DNA of 64,000 bases from Bacteroidia bacterium (lineage in GTDB: Bacteria; Bacteroidota; Bacteroidia; NS11-12g; UBA9320). Where the stretch lies: assembly GCA_965216465.1 (NCBI GenBank), contig CBDCFW010000006.1, forward strand, positions 576,001 to 640,000. The letters are read 5' to 3'. Under the pieces are notes generated by a model that did no database searches, had not been told where the DNA came from, and was given only the letters and a program-made list of their open reading frames with translations. Position numbers and translations under genes: made by a program. The first letter of the stretch is position 1; every line of letters starts with the position of its first letter. This document shows, one piece after another, positions 37,008-47,800 of this stretch.

Positions 37008-38542
37008 GGTAAATTAAATTTTATTGAAAAGCTACTTCCTTCACCTAATTGGCTGTCAAAAATAACCTCTGCATTCATTATTTTGGCATATCGCCTTACT
37101 ATATTCAGGCCTAGACCTGTTCCTGGAATATTCCCTGCATTCGAAGCCCTAAAAAATCGATTAAATAAATTGGCTTGATCTTCTTCAGATATTCCTATTC
37201 CGCTGTCTTTCACAGTGATAAGCAGCGAATTGTTCTCTTCCTTGGTAAGCACCTCTACATCTTTTTTGCTGTATTTTGTTGCATTCGACAACAAGTTGTT
37301 CAGCGTGTTTCTGAGCAAAAATGGGTCAAGCAAGTAGGATTCTTTACGGTGTAAGTAAGTGCTCACTATTTTTTGGTTCTCCTTTAGTAGTGCAGAAGAT
37401 TCCTCGTTCAACTCGTCTAAGAATTGGCTTAGCTTTACTTCTTCTGGATTGTTTTTGATTAAACCTACTTCCATCTTTTCTAACGAGAGAAAATCGTTTA
37501 GAATCATGTTTAAGTTCTGTACATTCTTCTTAATTTTTTGAACGTGCTTTAGCCTATTTGTCTGTTGCTCTTCTTTTGTATACTTTTCAATCAATCCAGC
37601 TGAACTGAGAATTCCACTTAATGGAGTTCTAAATTCATGCGAAGCCATTGAAACAAATCGCGTCTTTAGCTCATTGAGGTGTTTTTCCTTTTGCAAGGCA
37701 TTGTAGATTTCATCTTCAGCTTGCTTCTCTTTGGTGATATTGGTCTCAACGAGCAACACTTGATCTATCTCCCCGTTGTGGTTGTACAAGGGAACACATC
37801 GAGCGCCGTACTTTCTGTTTTCTTGAGTAAAATCAAATGTTTGATCTACTCCGTTGAACACCTCTTCTACCTTCTCCTTAACCAAGTCTTGCACATCATT
37901 AGGAAGAATAGAAATGTAGTTTTCACCCAACAACTGGTCTGTACCATAACCTAACTTCTTCAGCTCACTACCTTCAATAAATACAATGTTAAGATTTCGG
38001 TCTAATACACTGATAGTTCCATTTGGGAAGTTGATTGCTATTGCTTCATAAAGCTTTTGACTTTCAATTAAGGCACTTTGCGCATTCTCCTTTAACTCGA
38101 TTTCCTGCTCAAGCAATTTTGTACGTTCGGCAACAGTCTGTTCGAGTTTCTCGGAATACTCTTTCACATACCGTTCGTGCTCCTTTTGTTTGGTTAAGTC
38201 GTGAACAATTCCGGTATAAAACCGATTTCCATTAAGCTCATACTGACTCACAGCCAGTCTAAAAGGGAACATTTCACCGTCCTTACGCTTTCCTTCGACC
38301 TCTCTTCCGATTCCGATAATCTTTGCCTTCTTGGTTTCTTCGTATCTTTTGATATAACCGTCGTGATTAGTACGATCTGGTTCTTTCATCAGCACACTCA
38401 CATTCTGCCCGACTAGTTCTTCTTTCTGATATCCAAATAACTTCAGTGCTGATGTATTAATTTCTTCAATTATCCCCCTTGATGAGATTACAATAATTCC
38501 ATCGATAGTGGTCTCAAAAACAGATTGGTAACGAGTAAGCAA
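37004..38542 (-). CDS. FixL-like PAS-domain sensor histidine kinase (soluble)
   Basis: Heme-PAS signature LMKEPDRTNHDGYIKRY..T....IIGIGREVEGKRKDG..FP; second PAS; ASHEFRTPL, NLLSNATKYS, DSGIGI, FFRA, GTGLGL. Confidence 0.9.
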   Translation of the reverse strand: MLTRYQSVFETTIDGIIVISSRGIIEEINTSALKLFGYQKEELVGQNVSVLMKEPDRTNHDGYIKRYEETKKAKIIGIGREVEGKRKDGEMFPFRLAVSQYELNGNRFYTGIVHDLTKQKEHERYVKEYSEKLEQTVAERTKLLEQEIELKENAQSALIESQKLYEAIAINFPNGTISVLDRNLNIVFIEGSELKKLGYGTDQLLGENYISILPNDVQDLVKEKVEEVFNGVDQTFDFTQENRKYGARCVPLYNHNGEIDQVLLVETNITKEKQAEDEIYNALQKEKHLNELKTRFVSMASHEFRTPLSGILSSAGLIEKYTKEEQQTNRLKHVQKIKKNVQNLNMILNDFLSLEKMEVGLIKNNPEEVKLSQFLDELNEESSALLKENQKIVSTYLHRKESYLLDPFLLRNTLNNLLSNATKYSKKDVEVLTKEENNSLLITVKDSGIGISEEDQANLFNRFFRASNAGNIPGTGLGLNIVRRYAKIMNAEVIFDSQLGEGSSFSIKFNLP

Positions 38543-38679
38543 CGTTCTTTAATTAGGTTGGTTCGAATATAATTGGTTGCTAACGATATGACTTAAAATT
38601 TGAGAATTTTGTTCAGTCAATTTTTCTTGTCGAGAGATTTATTAGACCATTTCAATGAAGCTTACGTTATTTGTAGGGT

Positions 38680-40092
38680 ATGATGAAAAAAACGATTTGG
38701 AGCCTTAGTATTCTTCTATTTATTGGAGCCTGTCAACTATCTCAAAAATCTACAAAATCAAAAGAAGTGGTAAGTTATAATGGCAACATTGAGCCACTTG
38801 TAACGTCGTATTGCACAACTTGTCACTCAGGCGATGCTCCTGCAGGCAAAATCGATTTAACCACTTATAAGTCTGTACGAAAGCAGGTAGAAGATGGCAA
38901 GCTACTTCATCGGATAAACAACAGTTTAGACCCTATGCCTCCACAAGGTATTTTGTCCAAAGAACAACGACAACTCTTCGATCAATGGGTAGAACAAGAC
39001 TATGTTATGGGATATGCTCCGTCGCCATATGATTCTATTTCATATCGATTTACTCCACCAAACATCGAACCTGTGCTTGTCACAAACGGAGGAATGAAAT
39101 TGCTAGAACTGATTGAAGGACACTGGATAGGAAAGATGAATATTATGGGTGAGAAATACCCTTGGTTCGCGTTCGATTATCGAGCAATCTCAGCCTCGCA
39201 TGTCCATGGAATTTTTGAAGGCGGGACCATGGGCAATCTTTTTACTTCATTTTTCATTGCTGATTTTAAAGGCGAACGCACCATAATGGCTCGAAATGGC
39301 GGCTTACTCAATGGAATTTACAGAACAAGCTATTTTATTCTCGACAAAGTTGAACTGTCTTCAACACGAAGCTATTTCAGATTGGTCGATGCCTATGGAG
39401 GAAAAGATATTATGTGGATGGAGTTAGAATTTAGTGGTGAACGTTTGAAATTTAACTCCTACACCAGTCGATTTGGTTTGGAGGGTAAGCCCAAAATTCA
39501 CATGCAATTTGATGCAAAAAGACATGGTATTGTTGGACCTGTAGATGCTTCATCCAAGCTCGGTTATCCATCAAATATTGCCTTCCATACTTTCTCTGAA
39601 GGCATGCCTAAGCCTGAATGGAGAACGAAGTACACAACCATTACATCTGCCAGTTATATTGCTCAAGATTCAAATTTAAGCTTGCATCAACTGGGTCTAA
39701 AAGCTCAGGACCCAATCACCATAAAAGACATACCGCATCTTAGCAAACTCACCGTAAATATGAAACTGCCTGAAAAGGTGAGAGACCATAAAGTCATGTT
39801 GTATTTATCAACTCAACCCCTTGTCTCCAATCAAGGAATGATTAAAAAGTACGATCATGTAGATGCAGAGCGATTCAATAGCATATGCTCTTTCCCTGAG
39901 CTCGTTCCAGGACAATCTTCTTTCACGTTCACTTACCTCCACCCAGGAAAATATTATGTTACGGCAGCTGCAGATCTCAATAACGATGGATTTCTTACTG
40001 AAGGCGATCTGGCCTTCCCGAGCAAGTTGATTACAGTTAATCCCGAATCGCAGCTCACTATTTCTTTGCAAAAAGACTTTATAGAATATTGA
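38680..40092 (+). CDS. Lipoprotein with N-terminal c-type cytochrome domain
   Basis: Lipobox FIGAC; CTTCH and a downstream MPP (candidate axial Met); C-terminal PGKYYV..AADLNNDG. Confidence 0.7.
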   Translation: MMKKTIWSLSILLFIGACQLSQKSTKSKEVVSYNGNIEPLVTSYCTTCHSGDAPAGKIDLTTYKSVRKQVEDGKLLHRINNSLDPMPPQGILSKEQRQLFDQWVEQDYVMGYAPSPYDSISYRFTPPNIEPVLVTNGGMKLLELIEGHWIGKMNIMGEKYPWFAFDYRAISASHVHGIFEGGTMGNLFTSFFIADFKGERTIMARNGGLLNGIYRTSYFILDKVELSSTRSYFRLVDAYGGKDIMWMELEFSGERLKFNSYTSRFGLEGKPKIHMQFDAKRHGIVGPVDASSKLGYPSNIAFHTFSEGMPKPEWRTKYTTITSASYIAQDSNLSLHQLGLKAQDPITIKDIPHLSKLTVNMKLPEKVRDHKVMLYLSTQPLVSNQGMIKKYDHVDAERFNSICSFPELVPGQSSFTFTYLHPGKYYVTAAADLNNDGFLTEGDLAFPSKLITVNPESQLTISLQKDFIEY

Positions 40093-40147
40093 AAGCCTCC
40101 TATCGTTCGAACTGATTTCAAATTGTCTCAAATGCTACTTTCGGAAG

Positions 40148-40858
40148 ATGAAACGGGCAATTATAGTTGGAGCAAGTTCAGGAATTGGAAAAGTGTTAGC
40201 CGAACATTTGGTTAAGGAAGGATATCAAGTCGGAATTACCGGAAGGCGTCAAGAAAAACTGCTTGAGCTTAAGACCTTATACCCCGACCAGATTGAAGTT
40301 TCTGCATTTGATTGCACCTCTGGCGATAATAGGTCAAAACTTCAAGCTTTGCTAGACCAACTTGGCGGTCTAGATTTGTTTATAGTCTCTTCAGGTACTG
40401 GAGATCTCAACCCTGAGCTGACCTATTCCGTTGAACACAATACCAACCTACTTAATGTGAACGCTTTTACTGAACTGGTTACTTGGGCTTTCCGCTTTTT
40501 TGAAGTACAGGGCCATGGACATTTGGTTGGAATCACTTCAGTTGGAGGATTGCGCGGTAACAAGATTGCTCCAGCATACAACGCATCTAAATCGTTCCAA
40601 ATCAACTATTTAGAAGGACTACGCCAAAAGGCAAATGAATATAAAAACATTCATGTGCTTGATTTTCGGCCGGGTTTTGTTGATACCGCAATGGCAAAGG
40701 GAGATGGAATTTTTTGGGTTGATAAAAAAGATGATGTTGCCAAGAAAATCTATCGCTCAATTCAAACCAAGAAAGGCGTTGGCTTTGGTAGTTTACGCTG
40801 GCGTGTATTGAGCAATGTGCTCAAAATCATTCCAAGAGGAATTTACCAACGGATGTAA
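40148..40858 (+). CDS. Short-chain dehydrogenase/reductase
   Basis: GASSGIG, YNASK, PGFVDT. Confidence 0.92.
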   Translation: MKRAIIVGASSGIGKVLAEHLVKEGYQVGITGRRQEKLLELKTLYPDQIEVSAFDCTSGDNRSKLQALLDQLGGLDLFIVSSGTGDLNPELTYSVEHNTNLLNVNAFTELVTWAFRFFEVQGHGHLVGITSVGGLRGNKIAPAYNASKSFQINYLEGLRQKANEYKNIHVLDFRPGFVDTAMAKGDGIFWVDKKDDVAKKIYRSIQTKKGVGFGSLRWRVLSNVLKIIPRGIYQRM

Positions 40859-40899
40859 AATTTATTTGAACTTTGCTTAACTAAAATTGTATTTAATCT

Positions 40900-41709
40900 A
40901 TGGGACAACGACTTGAAAATGCAAAGGCACTTTACCTTGAAGGAATTCGTGATGGTAATTATGAAGATGCTATCAATAAGTACACTGGAGACTTTTATAA
41001 ACAACACAGCACTGGTGTAAAAGACGGCAAAGACGGTTTTATAGAATTCTTCAGTGACTTTGTAAAGCGTAATCCAAAGAGAGACATCAAAATTGTGCGT
41101 GCTCTTGAAGACGACCGCTATGTTTTCGTACAAGCTTTTCAGGACATAAACGACGGTGAATGGCAATGGGTTACCACCGACTTTTTTGACTACGACAATC
41201 AAGATAAAATAATTGAGCACTGGGATGTGATTTCTGCATTTGAGGGGGTTAATGAAGTTAACGGGGTTAGTGGGGTTAATGAATCTGGCCGATCCACCAT
41301 CGATGGACCTACAGAAGTCGAGGACCTTGATAAAACATCAGCGAACAAAGCATTGGTGAGAAACTTTATTCAAGACGCTTTAATGAAAGGCGGTAATTCA
41401 TCAGACTTAGGCCGATACATTTCTTCTGAGCAATACATTCAGCACAATAAAGATGTACCTGATGGTCTTGAAGCTTTTCAAAAGCTTGCTTCAGCTCCAA
41501 ATCGTCCTTTAAATTATCAAGAGATCGTTTTATTGGTAGGCCAGGGAAACTTTGTTGCAACACTCTGTAAAGCCAACTGGAATGACGGCAAGACTAATCA
41601 GGATTATGCTCAGGTTGACCTCTTTCGCATTGAGAATGGTAAAATCGTTGAGCACTGGGATAATGTTGAGCCTGTTCCTGAAAATTCAGTAAACAGCGGT
41701 AAGTTTTAG
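40900..41709 (+). CDS. Tandem SnoaL/NTF2-like domain protein
   Basis: Two copies of Y-x-QH...DG...F and KI-x-EHWD. Confidence 0.85.
   Translation: MGQRLENAKALYLEGIRDGNYEDAINKYTGDFYKQHSTGVKDGKDGFIEFFSDFVKRNPKRDIKIVRALEDDRYVFVQAFQDINDGEWQWVTTDFFDYDNQDKIIEHWDVISAFEGVNEVNGVSGVNESGRSTIDGPTEVEDLDKTSANKALVRNFIQDALMKGGNSSDLGRYISSEQYIQHNKDVPDGLEAFQKLASAPNRPLNYQEIVLLVGQGNFVATLCKANWNDGKTNQDYAQVDLFRIENGKIVEHWDNVEPVPENSVNSGKF
41245..41283 (+). repeat. In-frame 9-bp tandem repeat, about 4.3 copies
   Basis: GGGGTTAAT GAAGTTAAC GGGGTTAGT GGGGTTAAT GAA, encoding GVN-EVN-GVS-GVN-E. Confidence 0.75.
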
Positions 41710-41819
41710 CGGCTCTCGCTAGATTTACTATATTTGTTAAAGGGGAACATTTATAGGTATTAACCTACATCCTTTCTCCAAAATTGGCTTCTGACTATAG
41801 ACGTTTTAGAAAAACATTA

Positions 41820-44800
41820 ATGATTGAAAACTTAAAATCTCTAATTTTTAAATTGGGGATGGTGCTAGCACTGTCCTTAATATGTACTTTTTCCTTTGCT
41901 CAATTATCTGGAACTTACACAATTAACAAGGGAGAGCCGCATACTTCGAGTAATTATACTTCCTTTCAACAGGCGTTTGATAGCTTGCATAAATACGGTG
42001 TCAGTGGTCCAGTTGTGTTTGAAGTAGTTGATACTTCAGGAACCTATGTTGGGTCAACGTGGCTTCATCGCATTCCAGGTACAAGTTCTGTTAACACTGT
42101 ACTCTTCAAAAATTCAAGTATTAATAACGGCCCAGCGACGATGGGTACAAGTAATTTCTGCTCTAGTGCTGTTTTAGCTATGGATAGTTGCAGCTATGTA
42201 ACTTTCGATGGCTTGAGAATAAACAACTTTGTTTCTTGTCAACCTATTTGGCTCTATGATCTAAATCATCATATTACTTTTAAGAATATGAAGTTTTTTG
42301 GACATGCAAATGGTACTTCAAGAGCAATTTATAAGCGAAGTACTGGAAAACCTCAACACGATATTCTAATAGACAGTTGTGAATTCTCACGATTTGGGAT
42401 TGCAATCTACTTCGACTCTTGGCTTGCATCGGTGGGTGGTGATTTAGACTCGAACAACACCGTAACAAATTGTTCATTTGATGGTACAGGATTTAATTGT
42501 ATCTATGAGAAAAATGGAAATTTCTCAAACAATAATATTTATATCAGCGATAGCTTCACATCATTTTCGGGTAATCCAACTTCAATGGGATTTCGCATTG
42601 AAGACATGGCTGGAGGAGTGATTGAAAAAAATAGGGTACATATACAAAGCAATGCTGGAGTCCGTGGAATACGTGTTCAACGTAGTGGTGGATACTATTC
42701 TAATATTCCCGTCCTCATTAAAAACAACGTGGTTACTATAGACAATCGAGGTACTTTTCTTCCAGCTTATGGTCTCTATATGTATCATCCAGACAGTGCA
42801 ACAATTTACCAAAACACCTTCGTCGTTAATAGTGATGCAGCCAACACTTCTGCTATTTGGATGTATTCTTTAGATACAACAAACTATTGCAGAATTAAAA
42901 ACAATATTTTTCATTTAGAAAAGGCAGGATCTAGTTTTTCAGGACCGAGTACTACAACATACCCAAACCATTGTGATTATAACAATTGGTATTTTGGAAG
43001 CTTCGACACAAGCTTGCTAAACATCGACACGGTTAAAAGCTTCCTTCGGTCACAGGGTATGGATTCAAATTCTACCTTTATTAATCCTTACTTTGATTCT
43101 GCTCATTTCAGACCATTCCATGCAGGTTTGAATGCTGCTGGTGTTTCTGGTCTAGGTATTACAGATGATTTTGATGATGATTTGAGAGGAAGCCCCCCAG
43201 ATATAGGAGCGGACGAATTTAATCCAGATCCAAATTCCGCGGCTTTGTTTGCTTTAGAAAATACAGTTTATTGTTCAGGCGTTGACTCTGTTTATGTGGA
43301 AGTTGAAAATGTTGGATCCAACATGTTAACTAGCTTAGAAATACTTTGGGAAAAAAGCATTAACGGGGGAAGCTGGAGTAGCCATGAAACGGTTAATTGG
43401 TCGGGTTCAGTTGCAAACAACAATCGAGCTATATTAAATCTTGGAGATTATTCTTTTAGTTGGTCCGACAAGGTCAAATTTCGGTACCTTATTAAGAAGG
43501 TGAATGGGTTGAATGTGAGCCAAAATCATATTAATTCCGATAGCACACCTGAATTGCATGTTGGTCTATCAGGAACCTATTCTGTTGGTCAACCAACTGA
43601 TGATTTTCCAACTCTAGACTCTGCCATTAATGTTTTGAATGACCGGGGAATTTGCTCTTCTATAATATTTGAATTATCGGACGGATATCATTATGGGCAC
43701 CATAAAGTAAATCGATTTATTACTAGGAATGATTACGATTCTGTTTTGTTCATTAGTAAAAATGAACACAAAGCTATACTCCATGATAGTACAACTTCTA
43801 GCCCTTTATCTGCCAAACTGCTTATAAACGGAGCAAAGAGTTTAACATTTCAGGATTTAAAATTTGAGCATATAGAACCTGTAAGTTATACCTATGTTGT
43901 TTTTGACTCCGCGTGTAGCAACATTCGATTTGACAACATCATTTTTGGAAAGAATAACTACGCTATTTCCAACAACATGAGTGCTCAAATTTCTAATCTT
44001 ACTATTACCAACTGCGTAGCCGATAGCTTCAATCACTTTGTGAGCTTATATGCAAACGATAGTGGTGAAAGGCATCGCAATATCTTGTTAGCTGGAAATT
44101 CTACTCGAGTTACCAATTTGTTCTTCTTCATTGAACAGGCTTCTAATGTAACTTTAGAACAAAATTCATTTGACAATCTATCTTTTGTAGGTCAGGGCAG
44201 AGAGTTTGGTGGTTTTAGAAACTGTGACAATATTATTTTATCACGCAACCTCATTAAGGTAAAAAGTTCGACAGCTCTATATGTAGATAATTATTACGCA
44301 GATAATCCTTCAGTGGTTCTTATAAACAATGATATTCAGCAACTTGAAAATACATCATATACCTATGACCATTCTGTGGTGTTTAGGTACTGCGACCTTC
44401 AACTGCTGCACAACTCTTTCACTTGCTACAAGAGCAAAATGGACGAATCCCTTGTTGATGCCTTTGGGTACACGAGTACATCTGTAATTCATGGCAATTC
44501 ATTCGTTAATTATGGAGATGGAATGAGTCTAAGTGTAGTCGATTATGACTCCTTGTCTTTAAGCTCTAATAACTTTTATTCAAATGGAAAGAGGCTCGTA
44601 CAACTCCGTGAATATGGTGAGCAATTTGTTGAATGGGTAACTCCAGATTCATTAAATATTAATGTAGATCCACTTTTCAGACCAGGTGAATCTTCTGTAT
44701 CAAACCACCCTAATTTTGTTGATGCGTTGGAGGCAACAATTCAGCTAGATCTGCACGGATCACCTAGGGATTCATTAACGGACATTGGCCCATATAACCT

Positions 44801-47800
44801 TGATTCAACTTTTGGAAATTTAGAATTATCTGGAATCCAGAAAGGATTTTGTGAAGGAGTAAATCCTATTCAATTTGAAGTTACGAACTTTGGCCTAGAC
44901 ACTGTCTCAAATTTTCAAGTACAAGCATACCAAAGATCAATCGATTCTATTACATGGAATCCCACTGGGAGTCAAATTTTAAGTTCAAGTATCCCTCCTG
45001 GAGAAAAACAGGAATTTAGTATTGATAGCTTCTCTATTGGTATTATGGATCAAAGAGAAATCAAGCTCGAGATTAAACAAGTAAATAGTTCTATCGACAG
45101 CATTGGCTTATTCAATGAGCTAATCTCTGATACGATAGTATCAGGCATAAGTGGAGATTTTATCGTGGGTGGAACTGTTCATGATTTTGTTAACCTATTT
45201 GATGCTCTCGACACCTTGTACAAGCGAGGTCTATGCGGACCGGTTAGACTGCTTGTAAGAGATACTATTTACAAAGAACAATTGAAGATATCTGCAATAA
45301 ATGGCTCAAGTAATATCAACACGCTAACCATAAAATCACATCCAGCTAATTCAGGCAAAGTTCGTTTTGAAGTTAAAGGAATTGATGAGGAAGAAAAATG
45401 TATAATTCATATTGACAATGCTGCCAATATAGTTTTTGACAGTCTTCATATAGAGAGTAAAGATGCAGGAATCGCCTCTGACCTAGTTTTCGCCTCATTA
45501 ATTAAAATGACCAACGTTGTAAAGAACATTGAGATATATAATACAACGCTTCAGGATATAAATACGACTGCATATAGAGCACACATTTGCTTAGGAGATT
45601 TCATCAGTGGATCCTTGTTTCATTGTAACAGACTAATAGTTAGTAATTGCGATTTTTCGAAAGGAACAAGTCCATTTAGATTTGGCCATTTTAGCCAATC
45701 ATGGTCAAACGATTATGTTAAAGTAACAGGTTCATCATTTTCTGACCACAAATCTTATGGTGGTGTTATACGCTGTGATAGTCTCTATTTTAATAATAAT
45801 AGATTTATAGACAACGGCTCTGGAACTTGCGGATTTAATCTTAGAGCACAGTATGGAGAAGTAGATGGCAACATATGGAATGCCAATAAGGGGCCAGTAG
45901 GAGGCAGTGTATTTACATTATTCCAAGACCGTGATATCGATTCAAATGGAGCTATTTGGGTGAAGAACAATATGATTAATCAGGTTGAAAACTCTACTGG
46001 TGTTCTTCGATCAAAAATGATTTATGCTCAATCGGGTAACGTGAATATTGTACACAATTCCATTCAATACAAGTCAAATTCAATTTTCGCTTCAAGTAAT
46101 GCATTGTTTCCAATGTACCACGAAGATGCAAACATCATGTTCATGAATAACAATGTGGTAGTTGATGCAATGAGACCTCTATTTGACTTTAACTTCAGGG
46201 ACTCAATTCAAATTATTGATCACAACAACTACCAGGTAGGTTTCAGTGGATCCAGCCCATATGACCTCAGATTTTGTCTAAGGCCAAATATTGAAAGCTT
46301 AAAAGAGTATAAAGATTCTTTAAGATTTGATTCCAATTCCATAAGTAAAGATCCTAAATTTCTATCCAATACCAACCTTAGGGCCTCAAGTCCTTATATC
46401 TGGGCCTCTGGAAAATTCATTGCTCATGCACATTTAGATATTGATAGTGCTGATCGCCAACAGGGATCTACCGACATTGGAGTTAATCAGGTTACAAGAT
46501 ACGATAGAAATGCGTCTCTATATTGGCATGACCCTCTCTTCTGTTCAGATACACAGGATATTGCAGTTGGAGTTATAAATGAAGGAGTTGACACAATTAC
46601 ATCCATCAATCTACACTGGGATTATCTTGATCACAATAATCAATGGCAATTAGGAGGATCAAAAATAATCACAACCAATCTAGCCACATTCGATTCAGCA
46701 GAACTGGTAATTAGCCGTTTCTTTATGCATGAAGATAGTTTCTATCAATTTAAGTTTGTTATAGACTCCATTAATCACGACACTGATCAGTTTAATGCCG
46801 AAGATTCTTTCGAGACTGAAGAATTTCAAATTGCACTTCATGGTATATATACCGTTGGTAATAACAATTCTGATTATTCGACAATAATTAAAGCTGTTGA
46901 AGCACTTGAAACAAGAGGAATTTGTGGTCCTACCTGGATGAATTTAGAGCCACGAGACTTCACCAAATTTCTTACCATCGGCTCTGTTCGGGGAACAAGT
47001 CAAGACAACCATTTAGTGTTCCAATCAGACCCAAATCTAGGTGGAAGAGCTCGATTTGTAACTAAGTTCAATTCAAGCTTTGATCCACCACTCGATGCAA
47101 GTGGACTTAGTTTTGCAGAATTTCGAAATCTATCTTTTGTAGGATTTGACAATAGAAATAGAACCCTGTGTTTTATAGAAGATTGTAAGAATGTGTCACT
47201 TCGCAATGACTCTATTTATTATGCTGATCCAGTCGTTGCTGGACCTTCAATTATTGTGGTTAATGGAGAGTGTCAATATATAACAATAGACTCTTGTATT
47301 ATACGTGAAAAGAGACTTGGAATTGAACTAAGACAAGACATACGCAAACCAGTAGACAATAATTTTGAAATAACTAACAACAGAATTGAACAGATTGGAC
47401 AGGCCATTATTGCCTATTCAACAAAAAACCTGCTTGTAAGAGAAAACGACATTTCAGTAACAGCAACTCCAGGTATTGGAATTGGCCAAGGACGGGGGAT
47501 TCGAGTAGAAAAGAATTCAATTTATGCCTCATACAATGGGCCTGTTAATGCACTAGACATTACATCATCTGCATTATTCCCCCATGATACAACTTATGTA
47601 ATTAACAACATGATTTCGGTTGCTGGAAATAGTACAGGAGGCTCCAAGGCACTAAATCTAGAACTTGAGGATGCCGTAGTGGCAAATAACAGTGCTTACC
47701 TTGGCTCGACAACCCAAAATTCTGCCGTAGCGGCATATTTCCACTTAGACCGAGACAGTGCAACAATTTTACACTACAATAACTCGTATCAAACCAATCA

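Noticed and set aside
38543-38679. CRP/FNR-like half-sites upstream of the sensor kinase
   Set aside because: Partial matches (ATGACTTAAAATTT, AGAATTTTGTTCAG) do not follow the 22-bp geometry of the other three promoters.
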